Source: Pirellulales bacterium
GTDB lineage: Bacteria; Planctomycetota; Planctomycetia; Pirellulales; PALSA-1355
DNA: 64,000 bases
Direction of reading: 5' to 3'
NCBI GenBank assembly: GCA_963733035.1
Contig: CAVTBU010000005.1
Coordinates: forward strand, 1 to 64,000
The first letter of the stretch is position 1. Every line of letters begins with the position of its first letter. Below the pieces are notes generated by a model. The model did no database searches and was not told the origin of the DNA. It saw only the letters and a list, made by a program, of their open reading frames with translations. Made by a program: the position numbers and the translations under genes. Positions 44,740-54,814 of the stretch are shown here, in pieces.

Positions 44740-45198
44740 GTGTCCGTTCCGCGGACCACAGCCACACGCCCGCTCGGGGCCCGTGGGCCGGTAAGCGGTC
44801 GAGATTTTGACCCCGCGAACGCAGGCGGCGCGATCCGGAATCTGACGACGGATCGTATTCGGATCACACATCGCGGCGTCGATTACGCCGAGGGCCACTT
44901 GTCTCGCTTCGGGGCTGATGCCCCCAATCAGGCGATGGTTCAGCGGCTCAGAGGCATCGCAGATGGCAAGATTCGACCGACACAAGCGGACCTGAACTTC
45001 TACAGCCACGAGTTGCGAGAGTCGGTGCGATACCGCAATCTCGGCTATCGAACTGGTCAGCCACCAGGAGAAGCCGGATGGGATCTTTGGAACAACGCGC
45101 ACTCCGCTACACTAGAAGATTATCGGCTTCCCGATTTCGATGTGAATGGCAGTCGAACGTTGTACCATCCAGATACTTGGCACTTGTTCGAACAGTAG
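44740..45198 (+). CDS. Headless polymorphic-toxin C-terminal domain (IS66 passenger)
   Basis: FDPANAGG...HLSRFG...FYSHELRESVRYRNLG...WNNAHSATLEDY...LYHP, recalled from Rhs/pyocin-like toxin tips; no internal RBS. Confidence 0.7.
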   Translation: MSVPRTTATRPLGARGPVSGRDFDPANAGGAIRNLTTDRIRITHRGVDYAEGHLSRFGADAPNQAMVQRLRGIADGKIRPTQADLNFYSHELRESVRYRNLGYRTGQPPGEAGWDLWNNAHSATLEDYRLPDFDVNGSRTLYHPDTWHLFEQ

Positions 45199-45209
45199 TG
45201 AGATTCTCG

Positions 45210-45467
45210 ATGGATAAGTTTCATGAGCAGCTATTGCGATCTATTGGTAAACACGACGGAGAGTGGACGTGGTACCAACTGGACCGCGTAATCAATTCCG
45301 CTGAATTACCGAACGGGACGAATCTCATGACCCTGTTGAAGGAGTTGAAGTCCGCCGGGTTGATCAAGGAAGGACCTGGTCCGAACTCGTCTCAACCAAC
45401 CTATTTCATCACGGCCGACGGCGTGGCCGTCCTTCAGGGAGTCGACGCCAACACTGAATCAGAGTGA
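45210..45467 (+). CDS. Putative immunity protein, winged-helix-like, 85 aa
   Basis: 11 bp after the toxin stop; DGEWTWYQLDR...LKELKSAGLI...YFITADG. Confidence 0.6.
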   Translation: MDKFHEQLLRSIGKHDGEWTWYQLDRVINSAELPNGTNLMTLLKELKSAGLIKEGPGPNSSQPTYFITADGVAVLQGVDANTESE

Positions 45468-45480
45468 ACAGCGAACCGGA

Positions 45481-47054
45481 TCAGTTCGTAGTCAACTCCG
45501 CTTCAGCTTCCTGTTTCCACACGTGGGGCAGGAACTGATCGAGTTCGTTGGCTGGCGTCGTGCCAATCTTGGCCAGGACGCTTGTGAGATAGCGCTGCGG
45601 GTCGACGCCGTGCCGCTCGGCACTGGCGATTAGTGACCAGAGCCGCGCGTGGTTCTCACCCGCCGCGTCGTTGCCAGCGAAGAGCCAGTTCTTGCGGCCG
45701 ATGGCCACGCGATTGAGCCCCGCTCGCTGGCGTTGTTATCGATATTGAGGAAGCCTTGCGTGGTGTACGTCGTGAGCGGCGTCCACTGGTTCCTGGCGTA
45801 AGTGATCGCCGTGGCCGTTGGGCTGCGCGGCAGCACGACTCCTTGTTCGGCGTCGAGCCAGGTCTTGATGCGCGCGAGCACCGGCAGGCTCCGCTCCTGG
45901 CGTAGAGTTAGTCGTGTGGCGGCATCGGCGCCCTTCGCTTCCCGCTCGATCGCGTATAACTCACCGATCAGCGCAAGCATCTGCGCGGCGCGTTGTTCAT
46001 CCGAGTCCTGAGCATCGTAGAACTTGCGGCGCGCATGTGCCCAGCAAGCGACTTCCGTCACGTTCTGCGAATGAAAGATGCCGTCGTATCCGCCGTAAGC
46101 GTCCGCTTGCAGGTAGCCGGTGAAGTTCTTTAGCCACTTTGCCGGGCCGTCGCGACTGCGGCTCGGCGTGTAGTCGTACACGGTGTACGGGTTGGCCTCG
46201 TCGCCCAGGTAGCACCAGATGCGGCCCTTGCGGCATTGCTTCTGACCGGGCGACTGGACTGGCACAGTCGTGTCGTCGGTATGAATCACCCGCGATTGCC
46301 GCACGCGCTCAATCATGAGATCAACCAGCGGCGCGACCAACTCGCCGGCACAACGCATCCAGGCGCACATCGTGCTGCGAGCTACATGAACCTTCTGCCG
46401 CTCGAAGATGCGTTCGAGCCGGTAGAGCGGTAAATGGTCCCCCAGCTTACTGGTGATGACGTACGCCAACAGGCTCGGCCCCGGCAGGCCCTTGTCGATC
46501 GGCTGTTGCGGCTTCTCTGCGACGGCAATGTGCGGGTTGTAGCCGTCGTGGTCACACTTGGCACAGGCGTACTTGTGACGCACGTGCCTCAAGACTTTGA
46601 AGCTGGCCGGGAAATATTCCAGTTGCTCGCTAATTTCCGCCCCGATCCGGCAGCGCTCGCAACCGCACGCGGGGCAACGCTTATCGTCGAGGTCGTGCTC
46701 GATCTCGATCCGCTCCAAGTACTCCGGCAGTTGCTGACGACCGTGCTGGTCGCGGTTCTTGATGCGACGAGTGACGAGCCGCTCGCCGGCTTCCTCTTCG
46801 ATGCTTGCCTGGTCGAGCGGAGCGTCTTCAATGCGCCGGCCAAACAGCAAGAGCTGTCGTGGATCGAACGACTCGCTGCGCGGACCGTAATAGCGACGCA
46901 AGATGGCAGCGACCGCCGCCTTAACAGCCTCGTCGATCGCGGCCTGCTGTTCTGCTTTGAAGCGTTCGGCCTCCGCCTCGCGTTGACGACGTTCTTCGAG
47001 AATCAGCCGCTTCAATGCTTCCACATCGTTCGGCAGTTCGTCGGTGCGCGTCAT
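45481..47054 (-). CDS. tnpC: IS66 transposase TnpC (frameshift near 45710)
   Basis: CPACG, HLPLYR, HTDDT, QADAY, CWAHARRKF, IDNNASER, GRKNWLFAG. Confidence 0.95.
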
Positions 47055-47107
47055 GCGTCCTGTTGTACCGACTGCCTGCCGGTCGCGCTAGTCCAAGTGA
47101 CGATGAA

Positions 47108-47437
47108 TCAAGCCACGCGAGTCGCCTTGACGTCGAGTCCCGAGAGTAATCGCAACAGTTGCTCGCGCGTGATCTCGATGGCCGGCTTGCCTGTACGCGG
47201 GAACTGGAACTCGCCCCGTTCCAGCCGTTTGTAGTAAATCGCCAGACCATCCCGGTCCCACCACAGAATCTTCACAAGATGCCCGCCTCGGTTGCGGAAC
47301 ACGAACAGGCTGCCCGAGAGCGGATCGTGGCCGAGAAACTCGCGCACCACTTCCGCGAGCCCGTCAAAACTCTTCCGCATGTCGATCGGCGTGGTGGCGA
47401 CCCAGTCCTGCAAGTTCACCAGGTCCGCGGCAATCAT
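47108..47437 (-). CDS. tnpB: IS66 accessory protein TnpB
   Basis: DMRKSFDGL...FVFRNR...KILWWDRDG...KRLERGEF. Confidence 0.95.
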   Translation of the reverse strand: MIAADLVNLQDWVATTPIDMRKSFDGLAEVVREFLGHDPLSGSLFVFRNRGGHLVKILWWDRDGLAIYYKRLERGEFQFPRTGKPAIEITREQLLRLLSGLDVKATRVA

Positions 47438-47769
47438 CGCCCGACTCGCGTCTGCAGGGCAATGACTAGATCGGCCAGCTGCTCTGTTGCACTCGGGCCT
47501 GAAAGCCGCAACACGCAGCCGCCGGCAAGGTCGATCGCAATGGACGATTCGCTGCGCGGCGGCGTCGTCATAACGGCCGGCACGAACGCCGGCCCGGCGT
47601 TGCCCGTGCTGCTCCGCTCGCCAATCGTCCGCCGCCAGGCGTAGAACGCGGACTCGGTCAGCCGCTCACGCTTGCAAAATGCCCGGACACTTAACCCGCT
47701 CGCCGCAAAACGCCTGAGAACCTCACGCCAAAAATCCTCCTTCGCCGGGTCTCGTTGATGTCGCGCCAT
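47434..47769 (-). CDS. tnpA: IS66 accessory protein TnpA
   Basis: FWREVLRRFAASGLSVRAFCKRE..SAFYAWRR; ATGA overlap with tnpB. Confidence 0.9.
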   Translation of the reverse strand: MARHQRDPAKEDFWREVLRRFAASGLSVRAFCKRERLTESAFYAWRRTIGERSSTGNAGPAFVPAVMTTPPRSESSIAIDLAGGCVLRLSGPSATEQLADLVIALQTRVGR

Positions 47770-48408
47770 CGCTGACCTCCTGGTTCAGAAAACCAGAAGC
47801 TTGACGCGCCACCGGGTGAGCAAGAAGATGCGGATCACGAAACGGACACACAAACTCCGGTCCGTTGTCCACACGGATCGTCATCGGCAAGCCACGCTCG
47901 GCCGTGACCGTCTCCAAAACCTTCACCACATCGTCGCCGCGGAACCGCTGGGCAGCCCGAGCGGCCAAGCTCTCACGACTAAAGTTATCGACTAACGTCA
48001 GAATCCGAAAGCGCTGGCCTTGGAACAACTGGTCGGCCATGAAGTCCATGCTCCAGCACTCGTTGGTTCCTTGGGCTACCGGCCGCTCCATGCGAACCGC
48101 GCAGCTCTTGCGGCGTTTCGGATTCCTGCGACGCATCAGCAGCCCTTCCTCGACGTACAGGCGATAAACCAGCTTATGATTCACTTGCCAGCCCTCTCGT
48201 CGTAACAACACCGTCAGCCGCCGATGGCCGTAGCGAACCCGACTGGCTGCCAAGTCGCGTAGCCGGATCCTCAGTGCAGCCCGCTCGTCGCGCACACTCT
48301 GGTAACGATGACTCGAACGTGGAGCCCGCAGCACTTCGCAAGCTCGTCGTTCGCTCACCCGGTAGCCCACTTGCAGCTTCTCCACCACAACGCTTCGCCG
48401 AGCGGGCT

Positions 48409-48675
48409 TCAGACGTTTTTTGAATGCACGTCCTGGAGCATCTTCTTGTCCAAGCTCAGGTCGGCCACCAACTGCTTCAGCTTGCGGTTCTCTTCCTCCA
48501 GCTGCTTCAGCCGTCGCAGCTCGGCAATCCCCAGCCCGGCGTACTTCTTCTTCCAGCGGTAGAACGTCTGCTCGCTGATCCCCAGCTTGCGGATGATCTC
48601 CGCCACGGCCGTCCCACCCTCATGCTGCCGCAGCGCAAACGCGATCTGCTCTTCGGTAAAATGCTTCCTGCCCAT
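48409..48675 (-). CDS. IS3-family transposase OrfA
   Basis: FTEEQIAFAL...GISEQTFYRWKKKY...RLKQLEEENRKLK. Confidence 0.92.
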   Translation of the reverse strand: MGRKHFTEEQIAFALRQHEGGTAVAEIIRKLGISEQTFYRWKKKYAGLGIAELRRLKQLEEENRKLKQLVADLSLDKKMLQDVHSKNV

Positions 48676-48757
48676 GGTCCTAAATCCTCCTCGTCAAAAT
48701 GCCAGATTCTAGAAAAATCTAACATCCCTCGCGGATCAGGAAATGGGGTGAAGGTCA

Positions 48758-49203
48758 GTCGTCGAACGCCCCCCAATACAACACAAGGAAGCGCTGAACT
48801 GCCGAAAACGTTGACGACCAATTTGCGCATCGTCGTGGTAGATGACAATCAGGACTCAGCGAACAGTCTCGGGATGTTACTGCGGATCATGGGCAGTGAA
48901 GTTCAAATCGCTCATGATGGCGAAGAAGCCGTGAAAGTCGCCGAAGAGTTCCAGCCTGATGTTGTGTTTCTTGACATCGGACTGCCAAAGATGAATGGCT
49001 ATGAAGCTGCTCGGAGAATCCGTGAACAAGCAAATGGAAAGAAGACTGTGCTGATAGCCCTAACAGGGTGGGGCCAGCACGAAGACAAACGCCAAGCACG
49101 TGAGGCGGGGTTCGACCTACATATGGTCAAACCAGTTGACCCTACCTCGTTAACGAACATTCTCGCTGATCTTCACACGACGAAATGTTCGACTTCAGTA
49201 TAG
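48758..49203 (+). pseudogene. C-terminal receiver domain, probably of a hybrid sensor kinase truncated by IS3
   Basis: VVVDDNQDSA, FLDIGLPKMNGYE, ALTGWG, HMVKP; frame is open back to the IS end. Confidence 0.8.
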
Positions 49204-49885
49204 ATCGTAGCGTTGATCTGCCTGTCTCGCTCAGCGTCCTGCCTTATCGATTGTGAAGGATCGTGCTGGAATTCAACGCCTAAACCCCCATCGATCTTGT
49301 GTTTGGCAACGACAATCGGAACCACGAAGCCGAGCACTTCGAAATTCCCACTCAGTTCCTCGGTGCTCCACACCCGACGATGCTGGGCTTCCAGGGCTTC
49401 ACGGCTTCCAGGGCTTCACGGCTGCCAGGCTGGACGTCGTGCGGATGGCGTGGTGTGGGTTGCCAACCTTACTGACGACAAAATCCCGCCAGCGATCCAC
49501 TCCCACCAGGACAAGCTGGTGTTGTTCGTCGCCAACGATCCAACGCCACCGCCTGCGGACACCTCCACTCACCAGGGCGTGACGCTCCAAGTGGACCGTG
49601 AGATGTCTGACCAGGAATTCCACGACGCAGTTATGGCGATCCCCAGTCCGCCGCCGAATTGCCGATTGCGGGATGACGGCTCAATCGAGTGGACAGGAAA
49701 GCCGTAAATAGCTTTCACAAAACCAGTTATAGTGGGAAGTACCAAATCTTGCAAAAATTTTCTTTTCTGGCGTCCGCTTGGTTGCAATTTCGCTCCTATT
49801 CTAGTGGGAGCAAGTCGAGTGCCCAGCCGAACGTTTCGTCGCCGCAGATTGTGAGCCAAATGATTCCGCCCGGAGGAAAGCCCTA

Positions 49886-51037
49886 ATGACCCGGAAAATC
49901 CAAGTTGCGATAGTCTCCGCCACCATTCTGATTGCAATTCACGCACGTGCAAGGGCTAATTTTTACACCGTAGGTCCAGGTTACGGGAGCAACAATCCTG
50001 CACCGTCGAGCGGGCCCTATTACCCGGTATCAATCGTCAGCAACAGCGACCTTCCCCAAGGTCAGTTTGTCGATAACTTCGATACTGGTCTCATCCCATT
50101 GAGTCAGGTGGTCTCTCTCCCCGACTTTGGTCTTCACGCTTACGAGTCGACTTACGACGGAGGAAGTGTGAACGCCGATGGTAGCCCGTACGGGGGTGGT
50201 CCTGGTGGATACTACACACTAGGTTTGAGAGACGCCTATGTAAAACAAGTCGGTAATCAAGTCACGGTCTACGCCCCATATTTTCAAAACGTCGTATTTG
50301 TAACCGCAAGGGATTACACAACTGATGATGTCCATTTGATACCGCCTCCCCTTTCCTACTTCGGCGGCACCGACGTAGCCGATTACCAAATTACACGAGA
50401 CTTGGCACAAGCAGGACATATGCCAAACGGCTGGGACTTTCAAACCATTGATGGTGTCGCTTTACTCTCCCAGACTTATACTGATTCAAACGGGACGCAA
50501 TACTTAAGGGGGGTAAGTACCGATATTCTTCCGGATGCTCAAGAAATTGTTACCACTCATGTTTTTTTCGACGACCACAACCTTAATCCGTCTGACACCG
50601 AATGGGTCAATATGAACGGCGACTTAGTTGCCGCAAATTCCAATGATTTACTGCTGGGGAATTTCAGCGCACCTATCCTCACTGAAACGGGGCAGCAACT
50701 TACAGGTGTGGTGCCAGTGTGGACAGGACTCACTGCCCCGTATACCGTCGGCACCGGTATTCAATCTTACGTCCGTGCTGACGGCACCTACAATGCGAGC
50801 GGCTGGACCGATCCATACACCAGCTCTGCCGCCATCGGAAATCTAAACGGCCAAGGCACAGAGTGGATTAACCATGGCACACAAGCTGCTTATGATGTGG
50901 CCAAGCTATATGGTCTCACACGGGCCATGGCTGGTTATGCTCCCTTGCTGGTATACACCGTTCCCGAACCAAGCACATTCGTGCTGGCGATCCTCGCATG
51001 CGCATCCCTATTCTGGTGCCGAAATCGGCGGAATTAA
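49886..51037 (+). CDS. PEP-CTERM sorting-domain protein
   Basis: Signal peptide; C-terminal VPEPSTFVLAILACASLFWCRNRRN; GGAGG RBS. Confidence 0.9.
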   Translation: MTRKIQVAIVSATILIAIHARARANFYTVGPGYGSNNPAPSSGPYYPVSIVSNSDLPQGQFVDNFDTGLIPLSQVVSLPDFGLHAYESTYDGGSVNADGSPYGGGPGGYYTLGLRDAYVKQVGNQVTVYAPYFQNVVFVTARDYTTDDVHLIPPPLSYFGGTDVADYQITRDLAQAGHMPNGWDFQTIDGVALLSQTYTDSNGTQYLRGVSTDILPDAQEIVTTHVFFDDHNLNPSDTEWVNMNGDLVAANSNDLLLGNFSAPILTETGQQLTGVVPVWTGLTAPYTVGTGIQSYVRADGTYNASGWTDPYTSSAAIGNLNGQGTEWINHGTQAAYDVAKLYGLTRAMAGYAPLLVYTVPEPSTFVLAILACASLFWCRNRRN

Positions 51038-51336
51038 TCGCCCGTCGCTCTCAACAATCCGTCCGCATTGTCGGGCGGCAAGAGTTGTTGCGTAGACCCG
51101 ATATTGGGTTGGTCATCATCTGGCGTGTACGCCGTCCCGTCGCCGTATAATCCGTGCAAATACGGTGCGACCAGCGATGGATGCTAAACGCAAGGCGTTT
51201 AGCGTCCATCGCTTCCACGGAAATCGAAGTCGGATTCAAAATCCAGTGCCCGCAAGGGCGTGGCAGGGCAAATTGGCTTTGCTCACGTAGTCTACTCCCT
51301 TCTAAATGGACTCAGATACGACGTATTTCAGAACGG

Positions 51337-51855
51337 TCAGTAACTCAATCTCTCCACGCCTTCAGCTAACTGCTCGCCGCCTCGCTGCGAGTAGCGGCTT
51401 GTGGTTTGTAGATTGTGGTGACCGAGAATCTGAGCCAGACTCACCAAGTCATTTGCGTTGTCCGCAAGGAATTGCTTCGCCATCGTGTGTCGAAAGACGT
51501 GCGGGTGCAGGCGCACGCCAATCAGCGCCGAATACTTTCGACTTAACGCACGCACACCGTCGTCCGTCAATGGTCCCCTCTCGCCAACAAAGACTGTCAT
51601 CGACTCGACCGCTGGCCGAGAATCCAAATAAATCTGCATTGCCCGACGAGCCGGCAGCGGAAGTGGCACCGCTCGCTGCTTGTTTCCCTTTCCGTGGCGA
51701 AATACCACCGAACCATTTCGTTCTCCAATCTGAATGTCGGACAGCTCCAGATTCACAATGTCGCTGACCCGACAGCCCGTGTAGAGCATCAAACTAAAGA
51801 TCGCCCCGGCTCGAATGTCGTGCCGCAATTCAATCTCTCGCAACAATCGCCGACG
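51337..51855 (-). pseudogene. Catalytic-domain fragment of a tyrosine integrase paralogous to 33783-34628
   Basis: RRLLREIELR...YTGCRVSD...HPHVFRHT...LGHHNLQTTSRY; N-terminal half absent. Confidence 0.88.
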
Positions 51856-53519
51856 CTCGAACGCGGTGAACCAGCGACAGTTGACGATTGGCTCAGTAGC
51901 ACGGCAATCGCATCTTAATTTGCGGCGAAACCCAGGAGAATTCGTTCGAGGGTGTTGATATTGAGGCAGGCGCGGTAGCGTTTGCCGCGGATGTTGTCTT
52001 TGATGGAAGTGTCCGCCGAGAGGATGGACACTGCCAGGCGTCGCAACATGGCCGAGGTCTGGGGTGCGTGCTGCTTGCGGATGCGGCTGGCGTCTTCTGA
52101 AAAAGTTACATCGAGCACCCAGTGCAACTGGCTTTCGATGCTCCAGTGCTGGCGGATGAATTTGGCCAGCGTCTTCACCTTGGGCGGCAGGCTGCTGAGG
52201 AAGTAGCTGTGACCAGCGTTGATTTTCTGTACCACCGGTTATGAAGGTAGGGGTTGGGATAAAGGTTCTTCGTCTTGGGTTCGCGTGTGCTGCTGGAGCG
52301 CAGGCGCAGCCGGAGCGGAAGCAGCACACGGGCGGCGAACTCCGAGGGGGTCCGGTAGCCCAGCGAACTGTGCGGCCGGTGATGGTTGTAATCCTCTCGC
52401 CAAGCGGCCGTTAGCGTGCGGGCTGCCGCCAGGTTCTCGAATACCTCCACGGTCAGGAACTCGTCCCGCAGCCGGCTGTGGAAGCTCTCGGCGTAGCCGT
52501 TCTCCCAGGGGCTGCCCGGCTCAATGTACAACGCTTCGACGTCCACCTGGTCCAGCCAGCGCCGGATCGTCGCGGCAACGAACTCGGGACCGTTGTCGCT
52601 ACGGATGTGCTTGCGGCACGCCCCGCATCGCAAACAGCTCGGCCAGCGTGTCGATCACGTCCTCGCTGGTGATGCTGCGATCCACCTTCAACGCCAGGCA
52701 CTCCCGCGTGTGCTCGTCCACGATCGAGAGCCACTTCAGCTGGCTGCCACTGGCCGTGCGATCGAAGACGAAGTCCCAGCACCAGACGTGGTCCTTGTGA
52801 TCGCTCGCCGCCTGTGACAAGCGTTCGCGCTCGTGCCCAATCGCCGCTTTTTCGCTTCTTTTGCGGCACTTTCAGACCCTCCCGACGCCACAGCCGATAC
52901 ACCGCGTGTCGCTGGCGCTGCCATCCTTCGTGACGCAATAGCTTGCGGTGATCCGCCGATAGCCGAAACGCGGATGCTCCCGCGCCAACTCCAGCATCCG
53001 CCTCACCAGCGCCGGTTCGTCGTCGCGTGGCTTGGCTGGTAACGTTGACTCGCCCGCGGTTGGTCCAACACCCGGCACGCCCTTCGCTCGGAGACTGCGA
53101 ACTCCTTGCGAAGCTCACCGACCGCCGCACGCTTCCGCGAAGGGCTTACCAGTTTCCCTCCGCGACGTGCTTCAGCATCTGGATGTCGAGAGCCTGGTCG
53201 GCCACGATCTGCTTCAGCCGGCGGTTCTCGTCTTCCAGCTCCTTCAGCCGCTTCGCCTCCTCGGCCTTCATCCCGCCGTACTGGTTCCGCCAGCGGTCGA
53301 ACGTCGACTGGCTGACCTCCAAGGCCTGCAGCACGGCCGCCAGGTCCTTGCCGGCGTTGAGCATCGCGTCCGCATCCCGCAGCTTCCGCACGATCTGCTC
53401 CGGGTTGTGTCGCTTCCGTCGCTTCGTCGTCATCGAAGGTCTCCTTGCCCTCCAGGGGCTCAAGACCTTCATAACACGTGGATCAGGATTTCAACAGCAC
53501 CCATAACCACAGTGTCAAG

Positions 53520-53821
53520 GGCTCTGTCTCTCTGTCTTGTTTTGATCATTTCGGAACAGAGAAAGGCTAGACGGGGGTGCAGGGGGTGGCAATGAACGCC
53601 CCTGCTCGACGACACGATGTCGTCGAAACTTCTCGCGTGCACCCCAGCTTTGTCGGCGCGAGGCGTAAGCACCCATTCGTGCCGTCCGGCACAAGGCCGT
53701 CGCACAGGAGACGATTCACATGGCAAGTCGCCCAATCAGGTCAACAGTGGAGGTCAAAGCTCACTAGCTATTGAAACGGGCCGATCCTGCCATTCGCATG
53801 CGCCCGCCATGAACCGATGCT
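53520..53821 (-). ncRNA. Putative bridge/seek RNA region of IS110 element 2 (limits approximate)
   Basis: Target-matching segments at 53735-53743 and 53767-53776 flanking a hairpin. Confidence 0.6.
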
Positions 53822-54814
53822 CTAGTTCGTTTCTTGCTGCCAACGTCGCAGCCGCTTCCAGCAGATTTCTGCCAATTTCCGAGCCACTGCAACTCTTGCG
53901 ATCTTGGCACTCGATCTCTTGCGGATTCGCTGATAAAAGTTCTTCAAACCTGGATCCTCTGTGACAACCTTGATGGCGGCTTCCACGAGAATCCACCGTA
54001 GCCAGGGAGAGCCGTCTCGCGATATTCGTCCGTGACGACAGACGGTGCCCGACTGCCGTACACGGGTTGCAAGGCCGGCATACGCTCCTACCTGCTTGGC
54101 AGTCCGGAATCGCTCCACGTCGCCGAGTTCCGCGATGATAACCAGCGCAGAGTAAAGCCCGATTCCCCGGATGTCGAGCAATGCTTCGGTCTGCGGGAAC
54201 TGGGCCGCCAACAGCTCAAGTTTCAGGTCGACTCGTGCGATTCGCCTTTGAAACGACTCCAGACGTTCCAATAGATCATCCCGCAGCTCGTTCTCGATTG
54301 GACCGAAGTCCTGCCGACGAAACCAGTGGAGTCCTCGGGGGCCAAATGGGACACGAAAGGGAGCCTCATAATTGCGGCGGGCAAGGATAGCACGCAAGCC
54401 GATCTTGACGCCTCCGGCTCCGCGGCCCAGCCGTATTCGATAGCGTGTCAATTCCCGGAGTTGCTGATAGGCTGGCGAAGGAACATACGAAAGAGGGATT
54501 TGGTTGATGCGAAGCAAATTGGCCAAGAGTTGACTGTCCAGCTTGTCCGTCTTCGACCGACGCTGCACCATCGCTCGCAATCGTAGCGGGTGGGCAACCA
54601 GCACCGTCCCAAGAGGATTCAGTCGCTCATACAACCAGCGGTAGCTTGCGCTCGCTTCGATAACTGCCCGAAATGGCTGCAACCGATGGAAAACTTGCAG
54701 CATCGTGGACTCGTCCTGAGTCGAAATCCGAACAGGCGCCATCGCCTGCCCCGAATCGTGAACCGCGGCCACCACCAGGTCGCGACGATGCAAATCAATG
54801 CCGACGTGCCACAT
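53822..54814 (-). CDS. IS110-family transposase/recombinase
   Basis: VGIDLH, IEAS, KTDKLD, IRGIG, YAGL..RQSG, GRISRDG. Confidence 0.95.
   Translation of the reverse strand: MWHVGIDLHRRDLVVAAVHDSGQAMAPVRISTQDESTMLQVFHRLQPFRAVIEASASYRWLYERLNPLGTVLVAHPLRLRAMVQRRSKTDKLDSQLLANLLRINQIPLSYVPSPAYQQLRELTRYRIRLGRGAGGVKIGLRAILARRNYEAPFRVPFGPRGLHWFRRQDFGPIENELRDDLLERLESFQRRIARVDLKLELLAAQFPQTEALLDIRGIGLYSALVIIAELGDVERFRTAKQVGAYAGLATRVRQSGTVCRHGRISRDGSPWLRWILVEAAIKVVTEDPGLKNFYQRIRKRSSAKIARVAVARKLAEICWKRLRRWQQETN

Larger units (their letters stand above)
44740..47849 (-). mobile_element. IS66-family element with passenger genes
   Basis: IRs GTGTCCGTT(C/T)CG; 8-bp TSD ACAAACTC at 44732-44739 and 47850-47857; tnpA, tnpB, tnpC. 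Confidence 0.95.
44407..48757 (-). mobile_element. IS3-family element interrupted by IS66
   Basis: IRs TGACCTTGCCCC..TTTGATCC and TGACCTTCACCCC..CCTGATCC; orfA 48409-48675; orfB split at NGPEFV (WSMDF; PGKPTDNAFIESFNG). Confidence 0.92.

Noticed and set aside
47108..47437. TnpB as an RNA-guided Cas12-like nuclease
   Set aside because: This is the 109-aa IS66 accessory TnpB, unrelated to IS200/IS605 TnpB.
48424..48757. N-terminal extension of the response regulator ORF
   Set aside because: It is the antisense of IS3 orfA and the IR.
49386..49428. 17-bp tandem repeat GGCTTCCAGGGCTTCAC (about 2.5 copies)
   Set aside because: No spacers; a simple local duplication inside a doubtful ORF.
51337..52329. 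330-aa full-length integrase in the ORF track
   Set aside because: Its N-terminal half is an off-frame read-through of IS3 and ISAs1 ends.
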